Made by a program: the position numbers and the translations under genes. Positions 44,419-52,181 of a stretch of DNA of 52,181 nt are shown piece after piece. Source of the stretch: an uncultured Eubacteriales bacterium. Its GTDB lineage: Bacteria; Bacillota; Clostridia; Christensenellales; UBA1242. Location of the stretch: NCBI GenBank assembly GCA_900557645.1, contig USSZ01000001.1, forward strand, positions 1-52,181, written 5' to 3'. Below the pieces are notes generated by a model. The model did no database searches. It had not been told where the DNA came from and saw only the letters and a program-made list of their open reading frames with translations. Numbering within the stretch: position 1 is the stretch's first letter; each line of letters starts with the position of its first letter.

Positions 44419-46143
44419 ATGAAAAAAAGATTTACTGGTATTTTAATGTGTATGATGATGTTTTGCATGTCTATTCTTGCAGGCTGTTCTTTAGTTGAAC
44501 CTAATTATAATGATTATTATAATCAGGCAGTTGCTGTTGTAGAATACAAGAAAACTGGCGAACAATATGAGATAACTAAAAAAGATTTGATTTCTGCATA
44601 TCAAAGTTATGGATATAGTTATGAACAATATTATGGTTATACAAGAGAAGAGGCACTCAAAGAAACTCTAACTCTTTTGGAAAATAGAAAAATTACTTTA
44701 TTGACAGCAGAAGAAAAGTTTGGCATAAATCAAAATGGAGATGGACTTTCTGAAAAAGAAAAAACATATTTATATCAACAAACAATTGACTCTTTAAATG
44801 ATAATTTAAAAAATTATTATAATGATATAATCGGAAATACAGAATCTGAAGAAGAATCAGATGATATAAAATTTAATGGCTACGAAAAAAATGCAACTCT
44901 ATCTACAGATTTGACAATTCATAAAATAGATCATAGTGATGATTTGCTTAAAGATTTTAGTTATTCAACTGCAAGAGATTATAATAATTCAGAAGATAGA
45001 AAACTTATATACGAAAATTTTGTTGAATCATTGATTAATGATAATTATAAAAAAGCATTCAATTATTATTTGAGAGATTTGAAAGCATCTGAAAGAGGAA
45101 TGGATTTATCTACTGATGCTAAATCAGTGTTTGAAAGAGAAATCGACAGATTATATAAAGTTTTATATGAAAATTATGTAATCGAAAGATATTCTTTGTC
45201 AAATAAGAATAGTGATAGTTTAACATCAATAACTGCTTCTCAAATTGTAAATTTATATACAAGCAAGGTGAGAGCGTCTTATACACAATATGTTACAGAA
45301 AAAGATTCTGGATATGATGAAGATGTTCAAAATTCTTTAGGAAGCACATATTATTTTAGAACTGATGAAGATGCAACCAAATTCTTTACAGTTGCAAATG
45401 TGTTGTTTAAATTTACAGATGAACAACAAGCACAATATAATAGTTATAAATCAAAATATGAAGAAGGCGACGGGAAAACATATACTTGGGAACAATATCA
45501 GAGTGACTTAGACAAACTTTACTCTCAAATTACTCCAGTAGTAAGAGAATATAATGATGCTACTGGTATATATGAAGAAGTAGAAGAGGCAGATTTAACA
45601 GTTAGTGAAGTTTATAATATTATGAAAAATCAACTTTCTTCAGCTCAAGTAGGTGGCGATGTAAATAAGATTGGTGATACAATTAATGATTTTATTTATC
45701 TTTATAATGAAGATACAGGAATGTTTAATGCTGAAACAAACTATGTTGTAGGCGTTGATAAAGAAGGAAATGCTGTCTCAAGTTTTGTAGAAGAATTTAA
45801 TGATGCTTCAATAGATCTTTACAATAATGGTAAAGCCCAAATTGGAGATATGACTGGATATGTTAGAACTGAATATGGTATTCATGTTATAATTTATACA
45901 GGTGAATGTAAAAATTTATTTGATGGAATTGATGGTTCTTTTGAACTTAATGCAGAAGCAATACAAACATTATATAACACCCGAGTTAATATTCTCGTAG
46001 ATAAAACTTATTTTGATGTTATGTATGACGCTATTTATACTGATAATTATCAATATTTTGAAAATGCAAATATGAATTTCTTGCGTGAGAATTATAATAT
46101 TTATGAATATAGTGGAAGATATTCAGATCTTCTAGGAAACTAA
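44419..46143 (+). CDS. PrsA/SurA-like lipoprotein with parvulin-type PPIase remnant
   Basis: GGAG lies before the ATG at 44419. It has the lipobox SILAGCS. The C-terminal YVRTEYGIHVIIY resembles the parvulin (F/Y)G(Y/I)H(I/V)I motif. Confidence 0.55.
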   Translation: MKKRFTGILMCMMMFCMSILAGCSLVEPNYNDYYNQAVAVVEYKKTGEQYEITKKDLISAYQSYGYSYEQYYGYTREEALKETLTLLENRKITLLTAEEKFGINQNGDGLSEKEKTYLYQQTIDSLNDNLKNYYNDIIGNTESEEESDDIKFNGYEKNATLSTDLTIHKIDHSDDLLKDFSYSTARDYNNSEDRKLIYENFVESLINDNYKKAFNYYLRDLKASERGMDLSTDAKSVFEREIDRLYKVLYENYVIERYSLSNKNSDSLTSITASQIVNLYTSKVRASYTQYVTEKDSGYDEDVQNSLGSTYYFRTDEDATKFFTVANVLFKFTDEQQAQYNSYKSKYEEGDGKTYTWEQYQSDLDKLYSQITPVVREYNDATGIYEEVEEADLTVSEVYNIMKNQLSSAQVGGDVNKIGDTINDFIYLYNEDTGMFNAETNYVVGVDKEGNAVSSFVEEFNDASIDLYNNGKAQIGDMTGYVRTEYGIHVIIYTGECKNLFDGIDGSFELNAEAIQTLYNTRVNILVDKTYFDVMYDAIYTDNYQYFENANMNFLRENYNIYEYSGRYSDLLGN

Positions 46144-46176
46144 AATAAATAGATTGAAAAAATAGACATCTTTATC

Positions 46177-46206
46177 TTGACAAAAGGGTGTCTATTTTGT
46201 TACTAT
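46177..46206 (+). promoter_or_regulatory. sigmaA promoter abutting the ATG (leaderless candidate)
   Basis: TTGACA-18-TACTAT. The ATG at 46213 is 7 nt after the -10. The TTG used by the ORF track as a start is the -35 box itself. Confidence 0.4.
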
Positions 46207-46212
46207 ATTGAT

Positions 46213-47799
46213 ATGACTAAAAAAGATTCTCAACTAAAGACTAAAAAACTTTCTTCTGAAAAGGGGAAAGATTTTTTAGTTCAGTCTAATATAGATGATT
46301 TTTTAGATGAGAATAAAAATATAAATGATGTTTCAGTTTTAGAAAATGAAAAAGAAAATTTCAATAATGATGAAACAAGAGAAAAAATAAATGAACAACA
46401 AACAACGCAAAATGAAGTAATCGATAAAAATGAAGAAGAAAATTTGATTGAAGTAAAGATTGAAAATGAAGAGTTAAAAACTGAGGATGAAAAACTTTTA
46501 CAAGATGCTTTTGAAATAGAAAAAAAAATAGAAAAAGAAGCAAAAAATAAATTAATTAATGATAATGATGAGAAAGATGAAGTTGCTCTGCAAAAGAAAA
46601 AGTTAGATGAAATAGAACAGTCGGTATCAAAACAAAATAGTAAAAAGAGTAAAATTACAAATTTGGTTTTCTTTTTTGTAAATATTTTAATTGTTGGTGG
46701 CCTTATGGCTTATCAAATTTTACAAGAAGATTTTGTTCCTTTATCTGGATTGCGTATTGATTTTTTAGCATTATTTATTTGTGTTGTTTTGTTTGCATTG
46801 ACTATGCTTTCTGAAACATTTCAATTTAGTTATTTGATAAAGCAATCAACTGGGAAATGGAGATTGGGTCTTTCATTTAAACTTAACGAACTTGGTAGAT
46901 ATTATGATGCCATAACTCCCATGGCAGCAGGAGGGCAACCTTTTGAAATTACTTATTTAAAGTCAAGAGGTGTTCCTATTCATACAGCCCTTTCAATTCC
47001 ATTAACAAGATATTTATTTACACAAATAGCATGGGTTATTATATGTTTAGTTTGTTTAATTATTTCGTTTGTTGATAATAGTTATGGAACATTTGTTTCT
47101 GTAATGAGTATTATTGGATTTGTATTTAGTTTCTTTATGCTTGCTATAACCGTATTTTTATCAGTATGTAAAACAGTTGGTAAAAAACTTGTTGTAAAGT
47201 CATTAAAACTTTTGCAAAAGATGAAAATCGTCAAAAATTATGATAAACAATATGAAAAAATAACAAAATACATAAGTGATTTTCAAGATGTCATGAAACA
47301 ATATGCAAAATCACCTAAAGATTTTATTATAATGTTGTTTCTATGTTTAGCAAAATTGATTATTAATTATTCAATTCCTTTCTTTGTCGTAATGACATTT
47401 ATGCCAGGTATCGAAGCAAATTTATATATAAGATTGATGGTTTTATCTGTATTGGTTGATTTATCAGCATCGTTCTTTCCAACACCAGGTGGTGCTGGTA
47501 TAAGCGAGATTTCGTTTGCTTCTGCATTTGGTTCTATTGTAGGAGAGAATAATATTCTAGTATGGGTAATATTATTATGGAGATTTTTCTCTTATTATAT
47601 TTATCTAATTAAAGGTGTTTTTGTATTATCTTATGACATTGCTTATGGAAATAGAAAATATAAATGGCAGGTCAAAAAAGAAAAACTTGTTGAAGAAAGT
47701 GCAGTATTTAAGCAAAATCAAATTGATAAATTTAGAAATGAGAGAGCAAAAAGAAGAAAAAATAAGCAAAAAAATATTGGAATAAAAGAATATTTATAA
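46213..47799 (+). CDS. UPF0104 / LPG-synthase-TM (flippase-like) family membrane protein with long charged N-terminal region
   Basis: YYDAITPMAAGGQPFEITYLKSRGV and PTPGGAGISE are typical of the lysylphosphatidylglycerol-synthase TM region family. It has about 8 TM segments. Confidence 0.65.
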   Translation: MTKKDSQLKTKKLSSEKGKDFLVQSNIDDFLDENKNINDVSVLENEKENFNNDETREKINEQQTTQNEVIDKNEEENLIEVKIENEELKTEDEKLLQDAFEIEKKIEKEAKNKLINDNDEKDEVALQKKKLDEIEQSVSKQNSKKSKITNLVFFFVNILIVGGLMAYQILQEDFVPLSGLRIDFLALFICVVLFALTMLSETFQFSYLIKQSTGKWRLGLSFKLNELGRYYDAITPMAAGGQPFEITYLKSRGVPIHTALSIPLTRYLFTQIAWVIICLVCLIISFVDNSYGTFVSVMSIIGFVFSFFMLAITVFLSVCKTVGKKLVVKSLKLLQKMKIVKNYDKQYEKITKYISDFQDVMKQYAKSPKDFIIMLFLCLAKLIINYSIPFFVVMTFMPGIEANLYIRLMVLSVLVDLSASFFPTPGGAGISEISFASAFGSIVGENNILVWVILLWRFFSYYIYLIKGVFVLSYDIAYGNRKYKWQVKKEKLVEESAVFKQNQIDKFRNERAKRRKNKQKNIGIKEYL

Positions 47800-47821
47800 T
47801 TTGTTTGCTAAAAATATTTAT

Positions 47822-48379
47822 ATGAAAATTAGTAAATCAAATTTTTGTTGGAAATTTACATGTGCTTGTCTTGTAATTTTGCTTGCATTATCTATTTATT
47901 TGGGAATATCAGGGTGGTATTTTAAAAATGATATTTCATATACAACAGATTTAAAACTTGGTGAAAATGTTCAGGTTGGAATAAAAAAGAATCAAGCAAA
48001 TTCAATATCAATGAATTTAGATGGTTCTTTTTTAGCAGGTGAAAGATTACCTCAAGTTGTAAGTATAAAAAATTCTGAAACAGATTATGATTTATATGTG
48101 CGTGCAAAGGTATTCATTTATTCTGGGGATAATATTTTAATGGATATGGATATTGTCGAAACAATTAATTGGACATATAGCATAAATGACGGATATTATT
48201 ATTTTAATGAATTATTACCAGCGAATAATAATGTGGCATTATGTTCTTATGTTATCGTTGGTGAAGATAGTATTCTTAATACAAAAACTAAATATATTGT
48301 AACTTTTTTAATTGAATCTTTAGATTCATCAGAAGATGTAGAACAAATTTGGGGAACAAATCCAATTCAAAATGTTTGA
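47822..48379 (+). CDS. membrane-anchored/secreted hypothetical protein (weak TasA/camelysin-like flavour)
   Basis: It has an N-terminal hydrophobic anchor and no SD sequence. It may be translationally coupled, since the upstream stop is at 47799. The family call is speculative. Confidence 0.4.
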   Translation: MKISKSNFCWKFTCACLVILLALSIYLGISGWYFKNDISYTTDLKLGENVQVGIKKNQANSISMNLDGSFLAGERLPQVVSIKNSETDYDLYVRAKVFIYSGDNILMDMDIVETINWTYSINDGYYYFNELLPANNNVALCSYVIVGEDSILNTKTKYIVTFLIESLDSSEDVEQIWGTNPIQNV

Positions 48380-48438
48380 CATTATTTATAAATAAATGTA
48401 TATTTTAAATATAAAAAACAAGAAAAAAGGAGAAAATA

Positions 48439-48717
48439 ATGGAAAATAAAGTTCCACCAGTTCCACCAAGAAGACCTTTTATTGCTAAAACGAATTCAGA
48501 AAATACATTTCAAAATAATACAATCACCAAAAATACCAATAATTTAAATATTAACAATACAGCAAGCAATAGTTCTGTAAATATAGAAAATCAAGGACAG
48601 AGTGAAGTAAAGAAAAAATTTGAATTGAATAGTCAAACAAAAGCATTTATTTTATTTTTTGCAGCATTTTTTTGTATTGCTGGGGCAGTGGCTTGTTTTG
48701 TTTTCTTGTTTATTTAA
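48439..48717 (+). CDS. small tail-anchored protein with Pro-rich N-terminus
   Basis: RBS AAGGAG. It starts MENKVPPVPPRRPF and ends in a C-terminal TM segment, AFILFFAAFFCIAGAVACFVFLFI. Confidence 0.55.
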   Translation: MENKVPPVPPRRPFIAKTNSENTFQNNTITKNTNNLNINNTASNSSVNIENQGQSEVKKKFELNSQTKAFILFFAAFFCIAGAVACFVFLFI

Positions 48718-48817
48718 AATATAAATATATAAATAAAAGTAATTTTTAGACAAAAAAAATACAATCTAATTTTAAAAATTAGTTTATTTAAAGATAAACT
48801 TGGCAATCATTTTGATT

Positions 48818-49276
48818 ATGAAAAGAATGATTGCTTTTTTATTTTGCACTATAATATTATTTTTAATAATATTTGCTAAAAGTGATAATTTTGAATTTAT
48901 TAATGAATATGATAAATTGATTGTGATTTCAAAAAATTTGAATATTTCGCAAGATTATCAATTGAACGGCGACCAATATTATTATTCTTTTACTAAAGAT
49001 GAAGGTAACGAATTTTTAGAAAAGGAGGCCAATAATTATGAGATTGACGGTTATGTCTTTTATTTTAATAATCTTTTCAATATTAATAAATTTAGCAAGT
49101 ATGTTGATTTTTTATTAGATAAAAATACACAGATTGAAGGATATGAAATATATTATGGTTATTACTCTGGTTTTGAAGATTTTAGGTATATAAATAATAA
49201 AAAGATAAATTTTCAATTAGCACATCATAATGATGAATGGATCCTTGGATTTCCTGCTATATTGACAGGTTTTTAA
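48818..49276 (+). CDS. secreted hypothetical protein (possibly YwmB/DUF1779-like)
   Basis: It has the signal-like start MKRMIAFLFCTIILFLIIFA. The C-terminal LGFPAILTGF is reminiscent of YwmB-family termini. This is a weak call. Confidence 0.4.
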   Translation: MKRMIAFLFCTIILFLIIFAKSDNFEFINEYDKLIVISKNLNISQDYQLNGDQYYYSFTKDEGNEFLEKEANNYEIDGYVFYFNNLFNINKFSKYVDFLLDKNTQIEGYEIYYGYYSGFEDFRYINNKKINFQLAHHNDEWILGFPAILTGF

Positions 49277-49337
49277 TTTTTTTAAATTTAATGTATAAAG
49301 TGAATTAAATCTGTCAATAAACTTGTCAGGAGGTAAT

Positions 49338-49901
49338 ATGGAAATAGGAAAGAAAAATGCATTTGTTGAATTTTTGAAAAAATACGGAATTTATTGTATT
49401 GTTGGACTTGTAATATTTGCTGTTGCTTTGACATTTACATTAGTGGCAACATTAGGAAATTCTGTTCAAACAGGTGGTGGGTCGCTTAACTTTAGATTGC
49501 CAATGGATAATGCCACAGTTATAAAAGATTTTTCTGATACAGAACTTCAAAACAATGAAACATTGAATCAATGGGAGGCTCACTTATCTGTTGATTTGAC
49601 ATCAGAAACTGGAGATGTATATTCTGTTCTTGATGGAACCGTTGCAAGCGTAGATTATTCATATAGTGATGGTTATACAATAACGATTAATCATTCAGAT
49701 GGATTTACATCAATCTATTCCTCACTTGCTGAAGAAGTTCAGGTAAAAGAAGGTGATAAAGTAAGTGCTGGACAAAAAATAGGTAAAGCAGCAGAAACTG
49801 CATCAAGTGAATTAGATTTAGGGACTCATTTACATTTTACTTTACTTTTAAATGATGATCATGTAGATCCTAATAATTATTTAGATTTACAAGAAAAATA
49901 A
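49338..49901 (+). CDS. spoIIQ: SpoIIQ-like membrane-anchored M23 (LytM) domain protein
   Basis: AGGAGG lies before the ATG at 49338. It has an N-terminal TM segment and the M23 motifs HLSVD (HxxxD) and HLHF (HxH). Its position next to spoIIID matches clostridial spoIIQ-spoIIID synteny. Confidence 0.6.
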   Translation: MEIGKKNAFVEFLKKYGIYCIVGLVIFAVALTFTLVATLGNSVQTGGGSLNFRLPMDNATVIKDFSDTELQNNETLNQWEAHLSVDLTSETGDVYSVLDGTVASVDYSYSDGYTITINHSDGFTSIYSSLAEEVQVKEGDKVSAGQKIGKAAETASSELDLGTHLHFTLLLNDDHVDPNNYLDLQEK

Positions 49902-49932
49902 GAAAATTAATCCAAACAAAAATTCAACTCCT

Positions 49933-49966
49933 AAAAATATACGATTTTTGAAATCGTATTTTTTTA
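49933..49966 (+). terminator. rho-independent terminator
   Basis: ATACGATTT-TTG-AAATCGTAT followed by TTTTTTT. Confidence 0.8.
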
Positions 49967-50026
49967 TTAAATAGTTTAAATATTATTTTATATAATTTAT
50001 AAATTAATTTAAAATGTGTTTTTTTA

Positions 50027-50055
50027 TTTACATATTTATTTTACTATGTTATAAT
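50027..50055 (+). promoter_or_regulatory. sigmaA promoter with extended -10 for acpP
   Basis: TTTACA-17 (ending TGt)-TATAAT, followed by RBS GGAGG. Confidence 0.45.
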
Positions 50056-50072
50056 AACAATCGGAGGTATAT

Positions 50073-50309
50073 ATGAATACTATTGATAAAGTAAAGAAAA
50101 TAATTGCTGAACAGTTGTGCATCTCAACAGATGATATTTCTGATAACGCAAATGTAATAGAAGACTTGGGGGCTGATTCTTTAGATGTTGTAGAACTTCT
50201 CATGACATTTGAAGATGAGTTTAAAGTTTCAATTCCTGATTCTAAACTTGAAGAATTAAAAACTATCCCTCAAATAGTAAAGATAATAGATGAATACACA
50301 AAAAAATAA
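50073..50309 (+). CDS. acpP: acyl carrier protein
   Basis: 78 aa. It has the LGADSLDVVELLM phosphopantetheine attachment (DSL) motif. Confidence 0.9.
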   Translation: MNTIDKVKKIIAEQLCISTDDISDNANVIEDLGADSLDVVELLMTFEDEFKVSIPDSKLEELKTIPQIVKIIDEYTKK

Positions 50310-50369
50310 TTATAAAGTTAAATATTTTTTATAATATATAAAATAATTTCGAGAATTTTAAATTTAAAA

Positions 50370-50400
50370 ATAGAGAATATGTTTAAACATATTCTTTTTA
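50370..50400 (+). terminator. rho-independent terminator after acpP
   Basis: AGAATATGTTT/AAACATATTCT palindrome followed by TTTT. Confidence 0.75.
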
Positions 50401-50471
50401 TTTCTATAAATTTTAGCATTATTTTGTATTAAATATATTAGAAGGTCCACAGCAAAATATGACAAATTTTG

Positions 50472-50500
50472 ACATAAATCACTTTCATTTTTCATAAGTA
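50472..50500 (+). promoter_or_regulatory. candidate mother-cell (sigmaE-type) promoter of spoIIID
   Basis: ACATAAA-14-CATAAGTA compares with the remembered sigmaE consensus kmATATT-14-CATACAhT. spoIIID is sigmaE-dependent in B. subtilis. Confidence 0.25.
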
Positions 50501-50517
50501 TATACAGTGGAGGCAAA

Positions 50518-50805
50518 ATGAAAGAAGATTTAGTTGAAAGAGTTTTAAATATTGCAAATCATATTAATGAAACTCATGATACTATAAGAAAAACTGCCAA
50601 AATATATGGCTATAGTAAAAGCACAATCCATAATGATGTTTCAATTAAATTGAAAACAATTGATTTTGCATTATATCAAAGAACAAAAAAGATTTTAGAT
50701 GAGAATTTTGCAGAAAAACATATACGGGGTGGTGCAGCAACCAAACAAAAGTATAAAAATCTAGAAAACGAAAAATATTATGAAGAGGAAAAAGAACAAG
50801 GTTGA
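50518..50805 (+). CDS. spoIIID: stage III sporulation protein D (SpoIIID transcription factor)
   Basis: RBS GGAGG. ...TIRKTAKIYGYSKSTIHNDVS... and HIRGGAATKQKYK align with B. subtilis SpoIIID (VRVIAKEFGVSKSTVHKDL...HLRGGEATKLKYK). Confidence 0.9.
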   Translation: MKEDLVERVLNIANHINETHDTIRKTAKIYGYSKSTIHNDVSIKLKTIDFALYQRTKKILDENFAEKHIRGGAATKQKYKNLENEKYYEEEKEQG

Positions 50806-50818
50806 CCTTGTTCTTTTA
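50789..50818. terminator. bidirectional terminator between spoIIID and fba
   Basis: AGAACAAGG-TTGA-CCTTGTTCT includes the spoIIID stop and is flanked by AAAA and TTTT. Confidence 0.75.
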
Positions 50819-50825
50819 ATATTTT

Positions 50826-51524
50826 TTATATTTTATCTTTAGACATAAAGATTTCATTAATTTTTTTTGAAATAGTTTCGGTTACTAGGTTTCTTCCTGC
50901 TCCAAGATATTTTCTTAAATCAAATTCATTTGGATTTTCTTTTAAAATTTTTCTCACTTCGCTTGTCATTGAAAGTCTAACATCGGTGTCGGTGTTTATT
51001 TTTATAATATTATGTTTTGTTACAGCCTCTTGAAGAAGTTCTTTTGGTATTCCTATCGCATTTTTTAAAGACCCACCAAATTGATTAAATTTTTCAACAA
51101 TTTGTGGTTCAATAGTTGAAGCACCATGTAAAACTAAAGGGAAGTTAGGAAGTTGTTCTTCAATTTTTTCAAGTATATCGAATTTTAATTCTTGTTTGCC
51201 TTTATATTTATATGCTCCATGACTTGTGCCGATTGCTACTGCAAGGGTATCAACTGAGGTTTTATCTACAAATTCTTTTGCTTTATTAGGGTCTGTGTAG
51301 ATATGTTCGTTTACAGATACATTATCTTCAATACCTTTTATTTGTCCGAGTTCTCCTTCAACTAAAACATTATATTTATGTGCATATTCGCATACTTTTT
51401 TTGTTAATTTAATATTTTCTTCAAACGATAGACTGCTTCCATCTATCATAACACTATCAAATCCCAAGTCTACGGCATGTTTGCATATGTCAAAACTTTT
51501 TCCATGATCAAGATGAAGAAAAAG
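50826..51524 (-). CDS. fba: class II fructose-bisphosphate aldolase, 5'-truncated (about 80 N-terminal residues missing; possible pseudogene or assembly artefact)
   Basis: The minus-strand frame reads ...LHLDHGKSFDICKHAVDLGFDSVMIDGS...EGELG...GTSHGAYK...LVLHGAS..., which is a class II FBA. The frame is closed by a TAA at 51525-51527, and no start codon gives a full-length protein. Confidence 0.75.
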   Translation of the reverse strand, partial: LFLHLDHGKSFDICKHAVDLGFDSVMIDGSSLSFEENIKLTKKVCEYAHKYNVLVEGELGQIKGIEDNVSVNEHIYTDPNKAKEFVDKTSVDTLAVAIGTSHGAYKYKGKQELKFDILEKIEEQLPNFPLVLHGASTIEPQIVEKFNQFGGSLKNAIGIPKELLQEAVTKHNIIKINTDTDVRLSMTSEVRKILKENPNEFDLRKYLGAGRNLVTETISKKINEIFMSKDKI

Positions 51525-52181
51525 TTAAAGAACTTGAAAGTTTAGGAGTAAAATTTATAAAAAGTGATAATCCTTTAGAACTTTTTGATGATTCATTTGA
51601 TATGGTTATTAAAAACCCTGGCGTTATGCCTACTCATCCACTTTTGCTTTTAGCACAAAGCAAAAATATACCAATTTATAATGAAATGGAAGTAGCATAT
51701 CATTTTCTTCCTAAAAATATTACTATTATTGGTGTAACTGGTTCAAATGGTAAAACTACGACTACGACAATGATTTATGAATTATTAAAACTTATGAAAA
51801 GATGCGTAGTTCTCGGAGGTAATATTGGTTATCCTTTAAGTGAAGTAATTCCTCTTATTCATGAAGGTGATATACTACTTTTAGAAATATCAGATCATCA
51901 ATTATTAAATTTTAAAGATTTTAAAACAAATATAAGCGTTTTAACTAACCTTTGTCAGACACATTTGGATTTTCATGGAAATTATGAAAACTACAAAAAA
52001 GTTAAACACAATATATTTAATCATCATACTAAAGAAGATATTGCTATTATTAATGCCCATAATGAAGATAGTTTGATTTTGACTAATGATATAAATAGTA
52101 CAAAAGAGTATTTTAATGGTAAAGATGCCTTTGTAAAAGATAATGCTATTTACATTGAAAATGAAAAAATTATCGAAACAA
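51503..52181 (+). CDS. murD: UDP-N-acetylmuramoylalanine--D-glutamate ligase, 5'-truncated at the junction and running off the window end
   Basis: The plus frame reads HDQDEEKVKELESLGVKFIKSDNP...IKNPGV...IIGVTGSNGKTTTTTMIYELL...LLLEISDHQL...HLDFHGNYENYKKVK, carrying MurD motifs. The N-terminal Rossmann GxGxSG segment and a start codon are absent. Confidence 0.75.

Noticed and set aside
1-52181. Alternative genetic code (TGA=Trp, Mollicutes-like), considered because of the extreme AT content
   Set aside because: TGA clearly terminates conserved genes at the expected length: pth at 40985-40987, spoIIID at 50803-50805, and the DUF421 and GerA subunits with ATGA overlaps. Trp is encoded by TGG throughout.
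1-52181. CRISPR arrays, rRNA genes, IS elements and prophage modules
   Set aside because: I saw no regularly spaced direct repeats, no rRNA-like GC-rich conserved blocks, and no transposase-, integrase-, capsid- or terminase-like ORFs in any frame of the track.

Overview
This is a very AT-rich, single-replicon-looking chromosomal window. GC was not computed, but by eye it is well under 35%. It comes from an endospore-forming Firmicute that uses genetic code 11: TGA acts as a stop, and TTG/GTG starts are common. Most of the window is core housekeeping. That includes hup, queH, signal peptidase I, cysS, leuS, rplJ-rplL with an L10-leader attenuator, ftsH, cca, pth, mfd, acpP, recD2-comFC and one tRNA-Glu(UUC). 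Sporulation and germination genes are interleaved with it. These are a gerA-type ABC operon, a SpoVB/YabM-like flippase, a DUF421+DUF4363 pair, a SpoIIQ-like M23 protein and spoIIID. I found no transposase, integrase, CRISPR array, rRNA or recognisable multi-gene defence or secondary-metabolite locus, so I cannot honestly nominate a clear new multi-gene system. Seven observations seem most worth a second look. (1) At about 51.50-51.53 kb a 5'-truncated fba on the minus strand abuts a 5'-truncated murD on the plus strand, sharing about 15 nt; this is a chimeric assembly join or a real rearrangement. (2) A 459-aa ThyX-like protein has its thymidylate-synthase signature motifs split over two degenerate half-domains. 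(3) A strongly signalled 63-aa hydrophobic, Cys-containing peptide gene lies divergent from an ArsR regulator that lacks metal ligands. (4) A degenerate, truncated GlmU-like protein sits in the syntenic glmU slot before pth-mfd. (5) An unlisted 54-aa LysM ORF is present. (6) One ORF is built from a 2 x 420-nt internal tandem duplication. (7) Several promoters abut the ATG, suggesting leaderless mRNAs. All functional calls come from motif recognition by eye. No database search was run.
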